A model generated the notes under the pieces. The model searched no databases and was not told where the DNA came from. It saw nothing but the letters and a program-made list of their open reading frames with translations. The translations under genes and the position numbers were made by a program. DNA of 63,557 bases, counting the filler, from Octopus bimaculoides (Eukaryota): NCBI RefSeq assembly GCF_001194135.2. It is 4 parts of 4 records of this genome, joined end to end, with 100 filler letters (N's around TTAATTAATTAA, not from the genome) between each part and the next. Parts side by side here need not be neighbours in the genome. Positions count along the whole stretch, not along the records: positions 24,101 to 48,725 come from NC_068995.1; 3 more parts are not named here. The stretch is one strand, 5' to 3'. Below, piece after piece: positions 24,826-36,942 of this stretch. Every line of letters starts with the position of its first letter. The stretch's first letter is position 1.

Positions 24826-26680
24826 GCCTGTCCTAGGTCCTATGTACGTTTAAAACATAAAGGAAGGTCATGGTAGGGAGTCGAGAACCATAAAAAAAAT
24901 GATAGGATGTAATTTTGGGGCCATTTTGCTGCTGTATTTAGTAAGGCGCACGATTCCGTACAGCCTCTCTCAACCGCCTCGGTCCCATGGTAACCGAGGG
25001 ACGCTTGTAACCGAGTGAAATCTGTTGAAGCTAATCCCAAAGAATAAGGGGACATCACTGCCATCATCATCATCCTCCTCATCATCCTCATCATCATCCT
25101 CATCCTCATCATCATCATCATCGTCGCCGTCGTCACAAGCCAAAAGAAAAGCGTGTATGTGGATCATTTGATTTGCTAGAAACATCAGCAAAGCAGAAGA
25201 AGAAAAAAAAAGACTTCCTCAAATGAAATTCTTCTGCTTTTTGAATGGAAGGATACATTAGTGAGTGTAGTCCTTGGTATACTTATGCGTGAATGAAAAT
25301 AAATGAAACCCAAGCCTGGGTAGAACAGCTTTGATCGAAGTCTGCTGTAATGAGAGAAGGTTGTTCCACTTGTTTACATACACCACCGCCTATCCACGTG
25401 ACCACCACACCTCACTCTAATTAAGGTGACACTTAGTCTTCTCCAGAGGACATCTCTAAGGAATTGTGCAGAGGGAAAGAGAGAGAGAGTGAAAGAGAGA
25501 GAGAGAGAGAGAGAAAGAGAGAGGGAGAGAGAGAGAGAGATACAACCGCAGTTGTTACAGTTACTATGGAGATATTTCTCTCTCCTCTCTTTCTATCTGT
25601 CTCTCTCTATCCAACTAATCTGTTTGTCTACCTATCCTTATCTTTCCATCCTTCTCTCTCTCTCTAATTATGTCCCTGGTCAACTCTCCTTTCCTTCTTT
25701 CTTCCCCCCCCCTCTCTGTCACTCTCCCTCCATACACACACTCGCAAATCTGGAGGTGAAGAGAAGGTTATCATTCTTAGCCATCTAATCTCACTTCCAC
25801 ATCGATATCAATGTTTTTTCTAATAAACTCAAACACCTACATATGTACACACACACACACACACACATGCAACCGAATGCACATGCACCCATGCCCACAC
25901 ATACGCATACACACAAACACACATTAAACCAACCGTTAGTAAATGTGTGTGTGTATATATATATGTGTGTGTGTGTGTACTAATTTTCGTTGCAAAGCGA
26001 AATGAAAGGGATTCGTATATATGTGTGGGGGTGGGGGTGCCCGCGCGTGTGTATGTCTATAAATCTATACATGCATACACATACGCGCATGCATATACAT
26101 CCACACACACACACATGCATATATATACATACATATATGCCTACATATATACATACACACCCATACATACACATATACTGACATATACACGCACTTAAAC
26201 TTGTTCCTTAGAAATCATGGAACTCCATTTGACATGCATAAACATCCACAACTGTAAATGGATCAGAGAATAGTTTCTTTGTTCACCCTGGATAGTACGC
26301 TAATCTGATGAAAATTAACTTCACCGCATAAGCCGTACACATCCAATCTCACTCTCTCTCCCATCTTCTCATCTCTCTCTCTCTCTCTCTCAATCCAGAC
26401 TATTGGGTAGACTGGGGCTAGGTGGAATAAAGTGACTGGCCCTGGGGCCCAGTGGTATGTCTCTAGTGGAACTTAAAGCCACATCACATTCATCAACAGT
26501 CTTGTAGCTTCTGGGCTCACTCGTAGACACAACAAACACATATGGACGAACACAAATACACAGACAGACACACACACATACATACACACGCGCGCACACA
26601 CACACGAAATGAAATTAGATAGATAGATAGATAGATTGAGAACGAGAAAGATAACATGCACAAATATGTATGTATGTATG

Positions 26681-26768
<88 letters not shown>

Positions 26769-26818
26769 CGGTCAGACAGACAGGCAGAGAAACTGACTGA
26801 TAGACAGACAGATACAGT

Positions 26819-26869
<51 letters not shown>

Positions 26870-27712
26870 TGTGTGTGTGTGTGTGTTATGTAGGTAGTGA
26901 GTGTGTGAGAGGCTGTGTTACATAAATAAGTCACACTAGTGAGACGCAGGTTGTCCCCATCTCTGCAAACTTCTCCATATGGTTGACGTGGCGAACGCAT
27001 TACGACTTGAAAGAACGGTTACCTTCGCTCATCTATGGCACCGATTAAGCATCTTCTGCTCCCCTTCTCGCCATTCCCTCACCTTTCAGTGACCAATCCT
27101 TCGATTCCACGCTCTGCTTTCTATCATATTGTCCTTACTAAAGGGTTCCAGGAACTGGACAATTAGCGTCGCATGTTCGTTCCTCGTCTCATTCAGGAGT
27201 GTTTCAAAATATTAGACATGTCTGCGCGTGTATACATGTATGTATGTATGTATGTATGTATATATATATGTATATANNNNNNNNNNNNNNNNNNNNNNNN
27301 NNNNNNNNNNNNNNNNNNNNNNNNNNNNNNNNNNNNNNNNNNNNNNNNNNNNNNNNNNNNNNNNNNNNNNNNNNNNNNNNNNNNNNNNNNNNNNNNNNNN
27401 NNNNNNNNNNNNNNNNNNNNNNNNNNNNNNNNNNNNNNNNNNNNNNNNNNNNNNNNNNNNNNNNNNNNNNNNNNNNNNNNNNNNNNNNNNNNNNNNNNNN
27501 NNNNNNNNNNNNNNNNNNNNNNNNNNNNNNNNNNNNNNNNNNNNNNNNNNNNNNNNNNNNNNNNNNNNNNNNNNNNNNNNNNNNNNNNNNNNNNNNNNNN
27601 NNNNNNNNNNNNNNNNNNNNNNNNNNNNNNNNNNNNNNNNNNNNNNNNNNNNNNNNNNNNNNNNNNNNNNNNNNNNNNNNNNNNNNNNNNNNNNNNNNNN
27701 NNNNNNNNNNNN

Positions 27713-27880
27713 GGCTTGACAAAACCGGTATTGATATGTTTACGTCCCCATTACTTAGCGGTCGGGTAAAAGAAACCGATAGAATAAGTACCAGGCTTGA
27801 AAAGTATTTAGTATTGGGCTCAATTCGTTCAGCTAAAAGGCGGTGCCCCAGCATGGCCGTAGACTAATGGCTGAAACAAG
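27713..27880 (+). mobile_element. SINE family D 3' part
   Basis: GCTTGACAAAACCGG...GATAGAATAAGTACCAGGC...GGCGGTGCCCCAGCATGGCCG...GCTGAAACAAGTAA, the reverse complement of 3955-4185. Confidence 0.75.
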
Positions 27881-27963
27881 TAATATATGGGGCCTACAGA
27901 TATAGAACATATACAACACGAGAGCTTTGGAGCAATGTAAACATAGGCACACACACACACACA

Positions 27964-28003
<40 letters not shown>

Positions 28004-28215
28004 AACACATACAAATACATATATATGTATGTACATTTGTCTGTACGCATTTCAATAGGAATGTATATATGCGTGTGTGTGTCTGTGTGTGCGTTAAGTC
28101 ACGTGTGAAATTTTGTCTGTTGGTTGATTCCTCTACCCGTTCCGTCACGCAGGGAAAAAGAATTTGGTTGATGTGCTGGGAGAGGCCACAGAATGAGAAA
28201 GAATGCATGGGGGAG

Positions 28216-28271
<56 letters not shown>

Positions 28272-28420
28272 GTACATAGGTGGCTAGATAGACATATATA
28301 GACTCACAGACAGGTAGACAGATAGAGAGATCGATAGATAGATGAGAAGACAGAGAGAGTGACAGAGCAAGATAGGGAAATAAAGATAATTAGATAGAGA
28401 GAGGGAGAGAGAGAGAGAGG

Positions 28421-28473
<53 letters not shown>

Positions 28474-30759
28474 TAATTCGTGTATATTATCGAAATGTGT
28501 GTGCGTGTGTGTGTTTGCGTGAGTGTGTTTGTAAGATCTTGGGAAATGAAAGAAAGTGAGCAATGGAGGAGAAAGCATGAAACACGAAGCATAAATGAGT
28601 GAGAATAACGAAGGGGAATGACTGGAGATAGAATAATGAATAAAGAATAACAGGAAGACAATATATATATAATTACATGTGTGTGTGTTTTTTTACATTA
28701 GACACACATACATACACATACATATCTGCATGTATACATATATATTATATATATATCAGAGGTGACTGCAGGTCTCAGCATTCGCATAAGACACATGCCT
28801 GTTCGAAGAATTTCACGTTTTTCCACTTTATTTCTACCCAAATGGCTTACTTTTTATATCTAGCACACTGTGTCTTTCTCCATTTCTAAGTTAATGGTAA
28901 AAATAAAGCGACCCTGCAAAACACAACTGGTCTTTGCACACAGATGCCCAGAATAACAGCAACCAAATAACGGCAGCGATCTGGCTGTCTGCAATCTGGC
29001 TGTCTGCAATCTGGCTCGTTCGTATTCGCTCGAGTTGCAGGATAATTTTTCGTTCCTTTGAGAATATTGTAGAACGGAAACTTTTCATAGATTGAAATTT
29101 AAATCCTAATCTCTATACAAATTTATTGTTTCAAGAAAATACTGCATTGGAATTACTTTTAACTTTTACGATTATAGATAACAACTCAGGCTGTGGAACT
29201 TCTGAGCGCAAGTCAGGCGTGCGTGAACGATGTCGGGAGAACGTCTGTTACGAATGATATTTTTTGACACAGGGCACCTCTAAGACGACCGCCAGGCGCG
29301 GAAGGAAAATAAATGAAGTGCGACCAGGCCCAATAAAAGGATCCCGAGTTATTGGCTGAAACTACATACTCAAAGTCAGTGTTGGCAGAAATTAAATCAG
29401 CTTGAAAAGACACGTTCACCTTACTAAATTTATACTCGGGTAGTCCGAGTGCCGGAGGTATATATGTATGTATATAGCTTACTGTTGCGTTCAGGTTAGA
29501 TTTTTAAAAAAAACCCATCTAGTGAGAGATAAATCTCAGTTAATGTACACTGTATTAATATAAGAATTACTAACAGTTTCTTGCCATTAGGACACGTGGT
29601 TGGGCAGGTTTTTTCTAACGTGCCTTGTGTCTTCAATTGTTGGGCTTTGAGCACATGGAAAACAACCGTTCGAAGCACATGAACTAGAACAACCAGTAAC
29701 AGCAATAGCCATAAGCATTTACTATCATGATGATGATGATGATCATTATTATTGCATTGTTGAATGTTTCAGCATAAGAGATTCATAACAAAGGCTGGTG
29801 GGAAAGAGTGTGGATGTTTACACAAAAAAAAAATCGAACTTATGAGAAAGACATTATGGTATGTGAAGTATACGAAAATGTGATTGCACCTCTTGAGTGG
29901 AGGACTGCTACAATCCCTCCCCCCGGAGCCTATCAAGAAATCCCACAAACCCAAGATTATTTTCACTACTAACATTAAATGTCCTCTCCCGATCCACAAA
30001 TGCATTATGGGATTAAACCCAAACATTCGGGCGACACTTGACACAAGACAACGAGGGAAACCACGTGGTTGGTCGTTACGATGCCAAATAGCAGCCAAAA
30101 TCGCCCGCAAATCATGCCAAACTGTCTTAGAAATAAAGGGAATAGTTTAGATAATGTGGTCTTTGGTTGCTTGCAAAAGACGAGGTGGTCAGAGTTGGAA
30201 TGGCTTTGACTATAAGGGTTAAACAACAACAGCAACATCTTGCTATGTCTACCATTCCTGATACATTGCGTTTTGCTGCACGAACTGAAGGTACGTGAGG
30301 AAGATCAGCCGTAGGTAGATTTGAACCCGCGGCCGCTAAACACGACCGACCAGCGTAGGGTTAAATAACAACAGGCCTTCGACATATTTGTTAGGGGAAA
30401 CACCTCCCGCTCCCCATCCATTCTTCTCCACCCTCTCCCCTTCCTTGCACCTCCCTCTTCCTCTTCACCATCTCCGCTACTGTCTTCCTCTTTCTCTGTT
30501 CCTCTCTCCACCTTTCACCTTCCCCCCTCCTAGTGGCAAGTAAGACGGTCGGTAAGGACTTGGCCGAAGAGAAAAGTGCCTGGTCTCTATTTTGAATTTG
30601 GCCGCCACCAGAATTGTCTTAAGATCCTGGCAACTCGGAGACTCATCATGGGCCACTCTTGAAAAAAAAAAAAAAAAACAAAGGGAAAAAAATTAGGGTT
30701 TCTATTTTGGGCGAATGGTCAACTCTAATGAGGGGAGGCGAGGAGTTTAGTTGGTTACA

Positions 30760-31122
30760 ATTCTTTGTTTTATCGATCTTCGAGGATGAAAAGCAAAGTC
30801 GACCTCGGCGGAATTTGAACTCAGAACATGAAGACCTGGAAAGAAACGCCTCCAAACATTTTGCCTGGCATGCTAACACTTCTGCCAGCTTACTGCCTTA
30901 ATACGTAATAGAATTTGATTTCAAATTTTGGCATAAGGCCAGCAAGTTCGGGGGAGGAGATAAGTCGATAACATCGACCCCCAATACATGACTGATACCT
31001 CTTTTATCGATCCCGAAAGGCAAAATCGACTTCGGCGGTGTTTGAACTTACAACGGAAAGACGGAAGAAATGCCACTGACCATTTTACTCGACGTCCTAA
31101 CGATTCGGCCAGCTCACCCCTT
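30760..31122 (-). mobile_element. Two tandem SINE family B copies
   Basis: 30760-30900 and 30910-31122 both carry AAAGTCGACCTCGGCGGAATTTGAACT-like and CTGCCAGCT/CGGCCAGCT head ends. Confidence 0.85.
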
Positions 31123-31940
31123 AATACATAATAAAATTTAATCAGCATAAAATGGGAAAATCCTTAGAGATGCTCATCCACAAGTGGTCCACGTCCCAAA
31201 TTTTTCGACGGGTACTAGGCTAGTATATCTATCTATTTATCTCTCTATATATGTACATATCTATGTATGTGCGTGTTTGAGCGTAAATGTGTGTGCGCGC
31301 ACGCATCTATATATACAAGCACACATAATAAAAAGGTAGTACTCAACACATATGGTAGAGTACACTTTCTCTCATCCGCCAAGCATCCACTCCACTTAAA
31401 AAGTTGAGTGGGTGTTTATAACAAAAATGTATTGAGACCATTGTCAGTGATGTAGACACAGATACTCGCGCATACGCTCTCTCTCTCCTCTTCCTCCCAC
31501 CCTCTGCCTCTTCCCAGCCCCCTCTCTCTCTCTCGCTCTTTCTTTCTCTCTTTCTCCCTCGCTCTCTCTCCTATTTATATCAATGAAAATATTTTAAACG
31601 TTAGTGCTGCATTTAAACTACTCTGTTGTTCCAGCAGTGTATTGTCTCGTGTACTTTACTCCTGAAATATGAGCAATATGTGTGTGGGTGTGTGTGTGTG
31701 TGTGTGTGTACTCGTATATACAAATGTTTTCTAGTGAAATATTTTAAAGAATTACATCGGTAAAGGCGCCGAAATTGACCTTGCTAAAAGGGGACACCTG
31801 CAATTTTTTGGCCAGTCTTACAGTGGCTACCACCGAAGAGTTTCCATAGTCATACCCACCTGCTAGAAGAGAGTCGCCTGCTGCTGCCAACCAAGTGGAA
31901 CCGGCGGAGCAAACAACCATAACAGATTTTACCCTACAGG

Positions 31941-31971
<31 letters not shown>

Positions 31972-32654
31972 GTATAAAGGTGCGCGCGCGCGTACAGGTG
32001 GAATCACCATGGCACAGTTTTGGTTCTTCAACTCAATTTCACATCACAAGTTTGGTTTGACTTGAGGCTCTCCCGGTAGAAGACACGTGCCCGACAATGA
32101 TATCGAACCTTGAACCTCACGCTTGTCATGTATACTTCTTTACCGCACACACACACACCACACACACCACACACACACACACACACCACACACGTGTAGG
32201 TATCAGGCATCGGTGAGTTCATTCACCTGAGTTTTAAGTTCTTTAGGTCGGCTGCTGCTGCTGATTCTGGTTATTCGTGCCATTATTCCATAGACAAGGA
32301 AGAGAAACAATTTTCCCCTGTGGCACCTGATGAATCCAGAAAACTGTATCTCTTATACACGCAGGATCGTGTGTGTGTGTGTGTGTGTGGGTGCATTATA
32401 TATATACACACACACACACACATTTATATATGCACATACATACATCGCCGTGTGTATGTGCATATATATTATGTATACATGCGTGCGTGAATGTTTATAT
32501 ACGTATGCACTCACAGTTATATAATAGCAATTAAAACAGATTTTACAGTCTTAATTGCTGGCTAATAAAGAAACAATAATTGTTGTTGTAGTTATTATTA
32601 TTATTATTATTATTTATTTATTTATTTTTTTTCGAGCGTGTAGAACCTTTAGTA

Positions 32655-32845
32655 CGCAGGATGAAATGCTGAGCGGAATTTCGCCTGTTTTTTACGTTCT
32701 GAGTTCAAATTCCGCCGAGGTCAGTTTTGCCTTTCACCCTTTTGGGGTCGATAGATTGAGTACCAGTGAAACCCTGGGGTTGATGTAAACGACTAGTCCC
32801 CTCCCCTTAAAATTTCAGGCCTTGTGCCTATAGTAGAAAGCATTA
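32655..32845 (+). mobile_element. SINE family B
   Basis: GAAATGCTGAGCGGAATTTCGCC...GAGTTCAAATTCCGCCGAGGTCAG...GGGGTCGATAGA. Confidence 0.85.
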
Positions 32846-33910
32846 TCATTATTATTACCACTATAGACAGAGTACATTTCCTTTGTGTGTGTGTGTGTGC
32901 GTGTGTGTGTGTGTGTAGGATATATATATATACATATATATATAGAAAGAGAGAGAAAGGGAGAATGAGAGAGAGACATACAAAGAGACAGACATTTCAA
33001 TACAAGCATATACACACATCCATATAATTTGTGTGTGTGTGTGCGTACAAGTGTCCTTTGTAGAAAAGGAGGAAAGAGAGACAGAGAAAACGGTGTGGGG
33101 TGGCATTTTGTTTCTAAACATTTTTTTTTAATGATTTTAATGTCTAAAATTTTAAGATAAAAGTTTGCTTTCTTCCAATCTTGGTGTTGTTATTGTCGTC
33201 GTTAATGTTGTTACACTTTCGCGAAGGTTCTTTCGAGCCCCCACCCCCTAACCACCGCCGCCGCCACCACTATATGCATCACCGCTCTCTCTCTCTCTCT
33301 CTCACACACTCTCTCTCTCTCTCTTTCTGAGGTGTGGTGGTAGAACTTTCACTAAAATAACAAAAAAACAAAAGGAAACATTCCCCCCACCCGTCATCCC
33401 ACCGTCTACCTTTCACCCCTCCATCCCCTCCACCCAACCCCTGTCTCTCAGAGGACTGGCGGGGGGAGAAGGGTGGAATGAAAAATTTAAAAACAGAAAT
33501 AAGAAAACCCATAAAAACTAACAATATTTCCGCTGACAAGACACGAAAAACTGGTGAGAACTAGCTATACATACATATATATATATATATACACCCACAC
33601 ACACATACTCATATATATATATACACAAGTATACATACATATGTGTGTGTACATATACATATATGTATATAAATATATACATACATACATGTATATACAT
33701 TCATATACACAAATATTTGCGTATACATGCATATAAGTATATATATATGTTTCTCTCCATATATATATGCACATATATATATATAGATATATATATATAT
33801 ATATAGATAGATAGATAATGTACACATATATATATATATATATTTATATACTCGTATATATGTTCATATATATATATATGTATATATATGTATATATGTA
33901 TATATATATG

Positions 33911-33963
<53 letters not shown>

Positions 33964-34954
33964 NNNNNNNNNNNNNNNNNNNNNNNNNNNNNNNNNNNNN
34001 NNNNNNNNNNATATATATGCGTGCGTGTCCTTATTCACTTCGTGTGTAAAAAATATTGCACAGCAGACAGTTTGGGGAGTATATAGTTTAATAATTTGAA
34101 ATATTAACCATTTGTGAAACCACACACGCACACACACGAACGGGACAGACGATACGTGCACATGTGTGGCTGCACACACACACACGCACATGTATGTATG
34201 TATGCATGTATATTGTAGAACTAAAAGACTTTCAAACTATTTTAATAACACAACTAAGATTTTTAAAGCTCAGATGTGAGTTTATGAGTGAGTGTGTGCA
34301 TGTGTGTGTGTGTGTGTGTGTTTCTGTACGGATACTTGCCTGCGTGTGTTTGCGTGTGTGTGTTTAGGATTGAAAGTTTCAATTAGTTTTTATGAGTGTC
34401 ACAACGAAAGATTGGAGGGAGGAAAAGTGATAGGGAGGGACAAAGAGAAAAGAGAGAGAACCAAATGAAGGGGGGAGCGAAAACGTACGTGTATGTGTAT
34501 GCGTGTGTGTGAGAGAGAGAGAAAGAGAGAGACTAGTTTAATAAAGCCAAGAGAGAGAGAGAAAGAGAGAGAAAGATACGGGCTGGACGAGTGGGGAAGA
34601 GCGATCTATGGAGATACATTTACACACACACACCCCACGTACATATACAAGCGCATACTGACACATACACACGCTTTCAGGGACACACACATACACTATG
34701 ATTGGAACATACACATAGATAATTACACAGCACATACACAAACACACACACACGATGCGCGCGCGCATAACTTTCATTAGCTGCGATTGCTACAAGAGTG
34801 ACTCAAGGGCCTCGAATTTGGTGCCGAGCCACTTGACAAGTGTTTCGGTACAAAACACTAAGCCCTTGTGACAATTTGTGTTGATCTCAGCTAATAAAAC
34901 TTTGCCTGCCTCTGTGTGCGTGTGCGTGTGTGTATGTTTGTGTGTGCGTGTGTG

Positions 34955-35150
34955 TTTATCTTTTACTTGTTTCAGTCGTTTGGTGTGTGGCCATGTTGGA
35001 GCAGTGCTTTGAAGAGTTTCGCCGACTTTTAAACACCTAACTATTGACTGAGCCCTCGAGGGTTCTTATCGTATCGCCTAGTTTTTGCCGAACCGCCAGG
35101 CTACGGGGACGTGAACAAACCAACACCGGTTGTCAAGCGGTGGTGGGGGA
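34955..35150 (-). mobile_element. SINE family D
   Basis: TTTTACTTGTTTCAGTC...GGCCATGTTGGAGCA...TTTTGCCGAACCGCCAGGCTACGGGGACGTGAAC...CCGGTTGTCAAGCGGTGG. Confidence 0.75.
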
Positions 35151-35407
35151 CGTACACACATGCGTACATATAAACATGAGTGTGTATGTATATGTGTATG
35201 TATGCATGTATATATATATATTTATATTTATGTGTGTGTATTCACACATGTATATACATCTATATACATACTTATACGCACACATCGTGCGTGTATATGT
35301 GCGTGTGTGTGTGTGAAAAGAAATCAGTGAATGAAGAATTTTGTTTATTTTTGGTATGGTGCTCCAGCTTGGCCACAGCCTATGGGCTGAAACAAAAGAA
35401 TAATAGA

Positions 35408-35457
<50 letters not shown>

Positions 35458-36420
35458 ATATTGTTTTGATGTGGTCGGCTGAAGGTTTGCTACAGGTTCC
35501 AACGGGTAGTCAAGTGTCTCACACACACACACACACACACGTACTCACACATACACGTACTTACACACGTACTCACACATGTGTGCGTGAGTTTAGGGCA
35601 AGGTTGGTGTTATTGTTGTTGTCGTGGTCGGTAGACGGGTGGGTAACTCGTTTGTCCTACACTCCGCGGAGGGAAAGTGTTTGAACCGCTCAGAACAGCA
35701 ATCACGGCTGCTGCTGTTAATAGTGCTACGGCTACCCATAATAATACTACTAATGGTAATAACAACCACTGCCACTACTACTACTGCTATTATCAGTAAT
35801 ATTACAGGTGGTGGGGGTGGTGGTGAATGAGCCTGCTACCATCGTCTTCTTCACTGACACCCCTTTCTCTCTGTCTTTGTGGAAACCAGTCGTAATCAAG
35901 TTTAAGATTTGGTGGTTAAACTGTTTGTTCTGAGAGAGAGGGTCACGATGGTAGAGAGAGGTGGAGATACAGAAAGTGAGAGAGAAGAAACGTGTGAAAG
36001 ATAGAGAGAGAGAAGAAAACAAAGTCAGAGAAAGAAGAAGAGAGGAAGATAGAGTAAAGGAGAAAGAATCGGAGAGAGAGAGATAGCATGTGTGTGTATG
36101 TGTGTGTGTGAAATGGTGACAGAGGGTGAGATAGAGAGAGAGAGAGAATAAGAAGGGAGGGGGGGAAAAGATAAAGTAAGAGTGAGAAAAAGAGAGACAG
36201 AATGGAAGAGATAGATAGAAGTGTGAGAGAACATGCGAGAAAGGAAGAAAGATTAAGGGGAGGAGAGAGAGAGAAAAGGTAAGTGAGAGGAGGAAGAGAA
36301 AGAGAGAAAGGAAGAGTGAGCCGAACAGAGAGAAGAGGAGAGTCAGAAAGCGAGAGAGAAATAAAGAAAGAGTAAGAGTTAAGGAATCTAAGACAAGTGC
36401 GCAGTAAAGAGTTTTTCGGC

Positions 36421-36547
36421 GGGTCACGTGGTTAGAGCATGGCTTCTTGTTGTTCCCGCCCCCCTGGCTTAGTGTGACCAGCAGTGGAGAAGCAAGAAGC
36501 TGGCTGATTAGGACTGCTTCAGCTGACGCCGGGATATACCACCTGGT
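36421..36547 (+). promoter_or_regulatory. Candidate TENT5 promoter and short non-coding first exon
   Basis: E-box GTCACGTG (36423-36430), GC-box CCCGCCCCCC (36455-36464), CpG-retaining unique sequence and a donor-like CTG|GTAAAT (GT at 36546-36547); follows a long GA-rich tract. Assignment to TENT5 is inference. Confidence 0.35.
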
Positions 36548-36844
36548 AAATGATTCTCTTTCAACATATGTTTTAATAACTTCACTCGTTCTCCTTACTT
36601 TTTCCTCCTCTCTTCTTCTTCTGCCCATGTAGGGGTTCTGTTTCATCTTCTGTTCCTCTTTTTCTCTGCTGCCCTTTCTCTTTTCAAGTCAGCCTAAAAC
36701 TGTCATTGTTACTTATGTATTCGAATGGGTTCCTCTGCCGACTTTATCGACCAAAACTGCACTCATTTAATACACAAAACGTGTTAACACTTAAACAGTC
36801 TTTTTTAACTGCTATCACAGACTACCAAATTCTTCTCTCTATCA

Positions 36845-36894
<50 letters not shown>

Positions 36895-36903
36895 CACACG
36901 CCC

Positions 36904-36942
<39 letters not shown>

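Noticed and set aside
26390-27175. Two short unique stretches with minus-strand ORFs (26390-26530, 26935-27175)
   Set aside because: No recognisable domain or clear splice signals; possibly decayed TE.
31816-31941. Possible + strand exon (…SPAAANQVEPAEQTTITDFTLQ|GT)
   Set aside because: The donor GT is simply the start of a (GATA)n tract, the acceptor is weak and the peptide is unrecognised.
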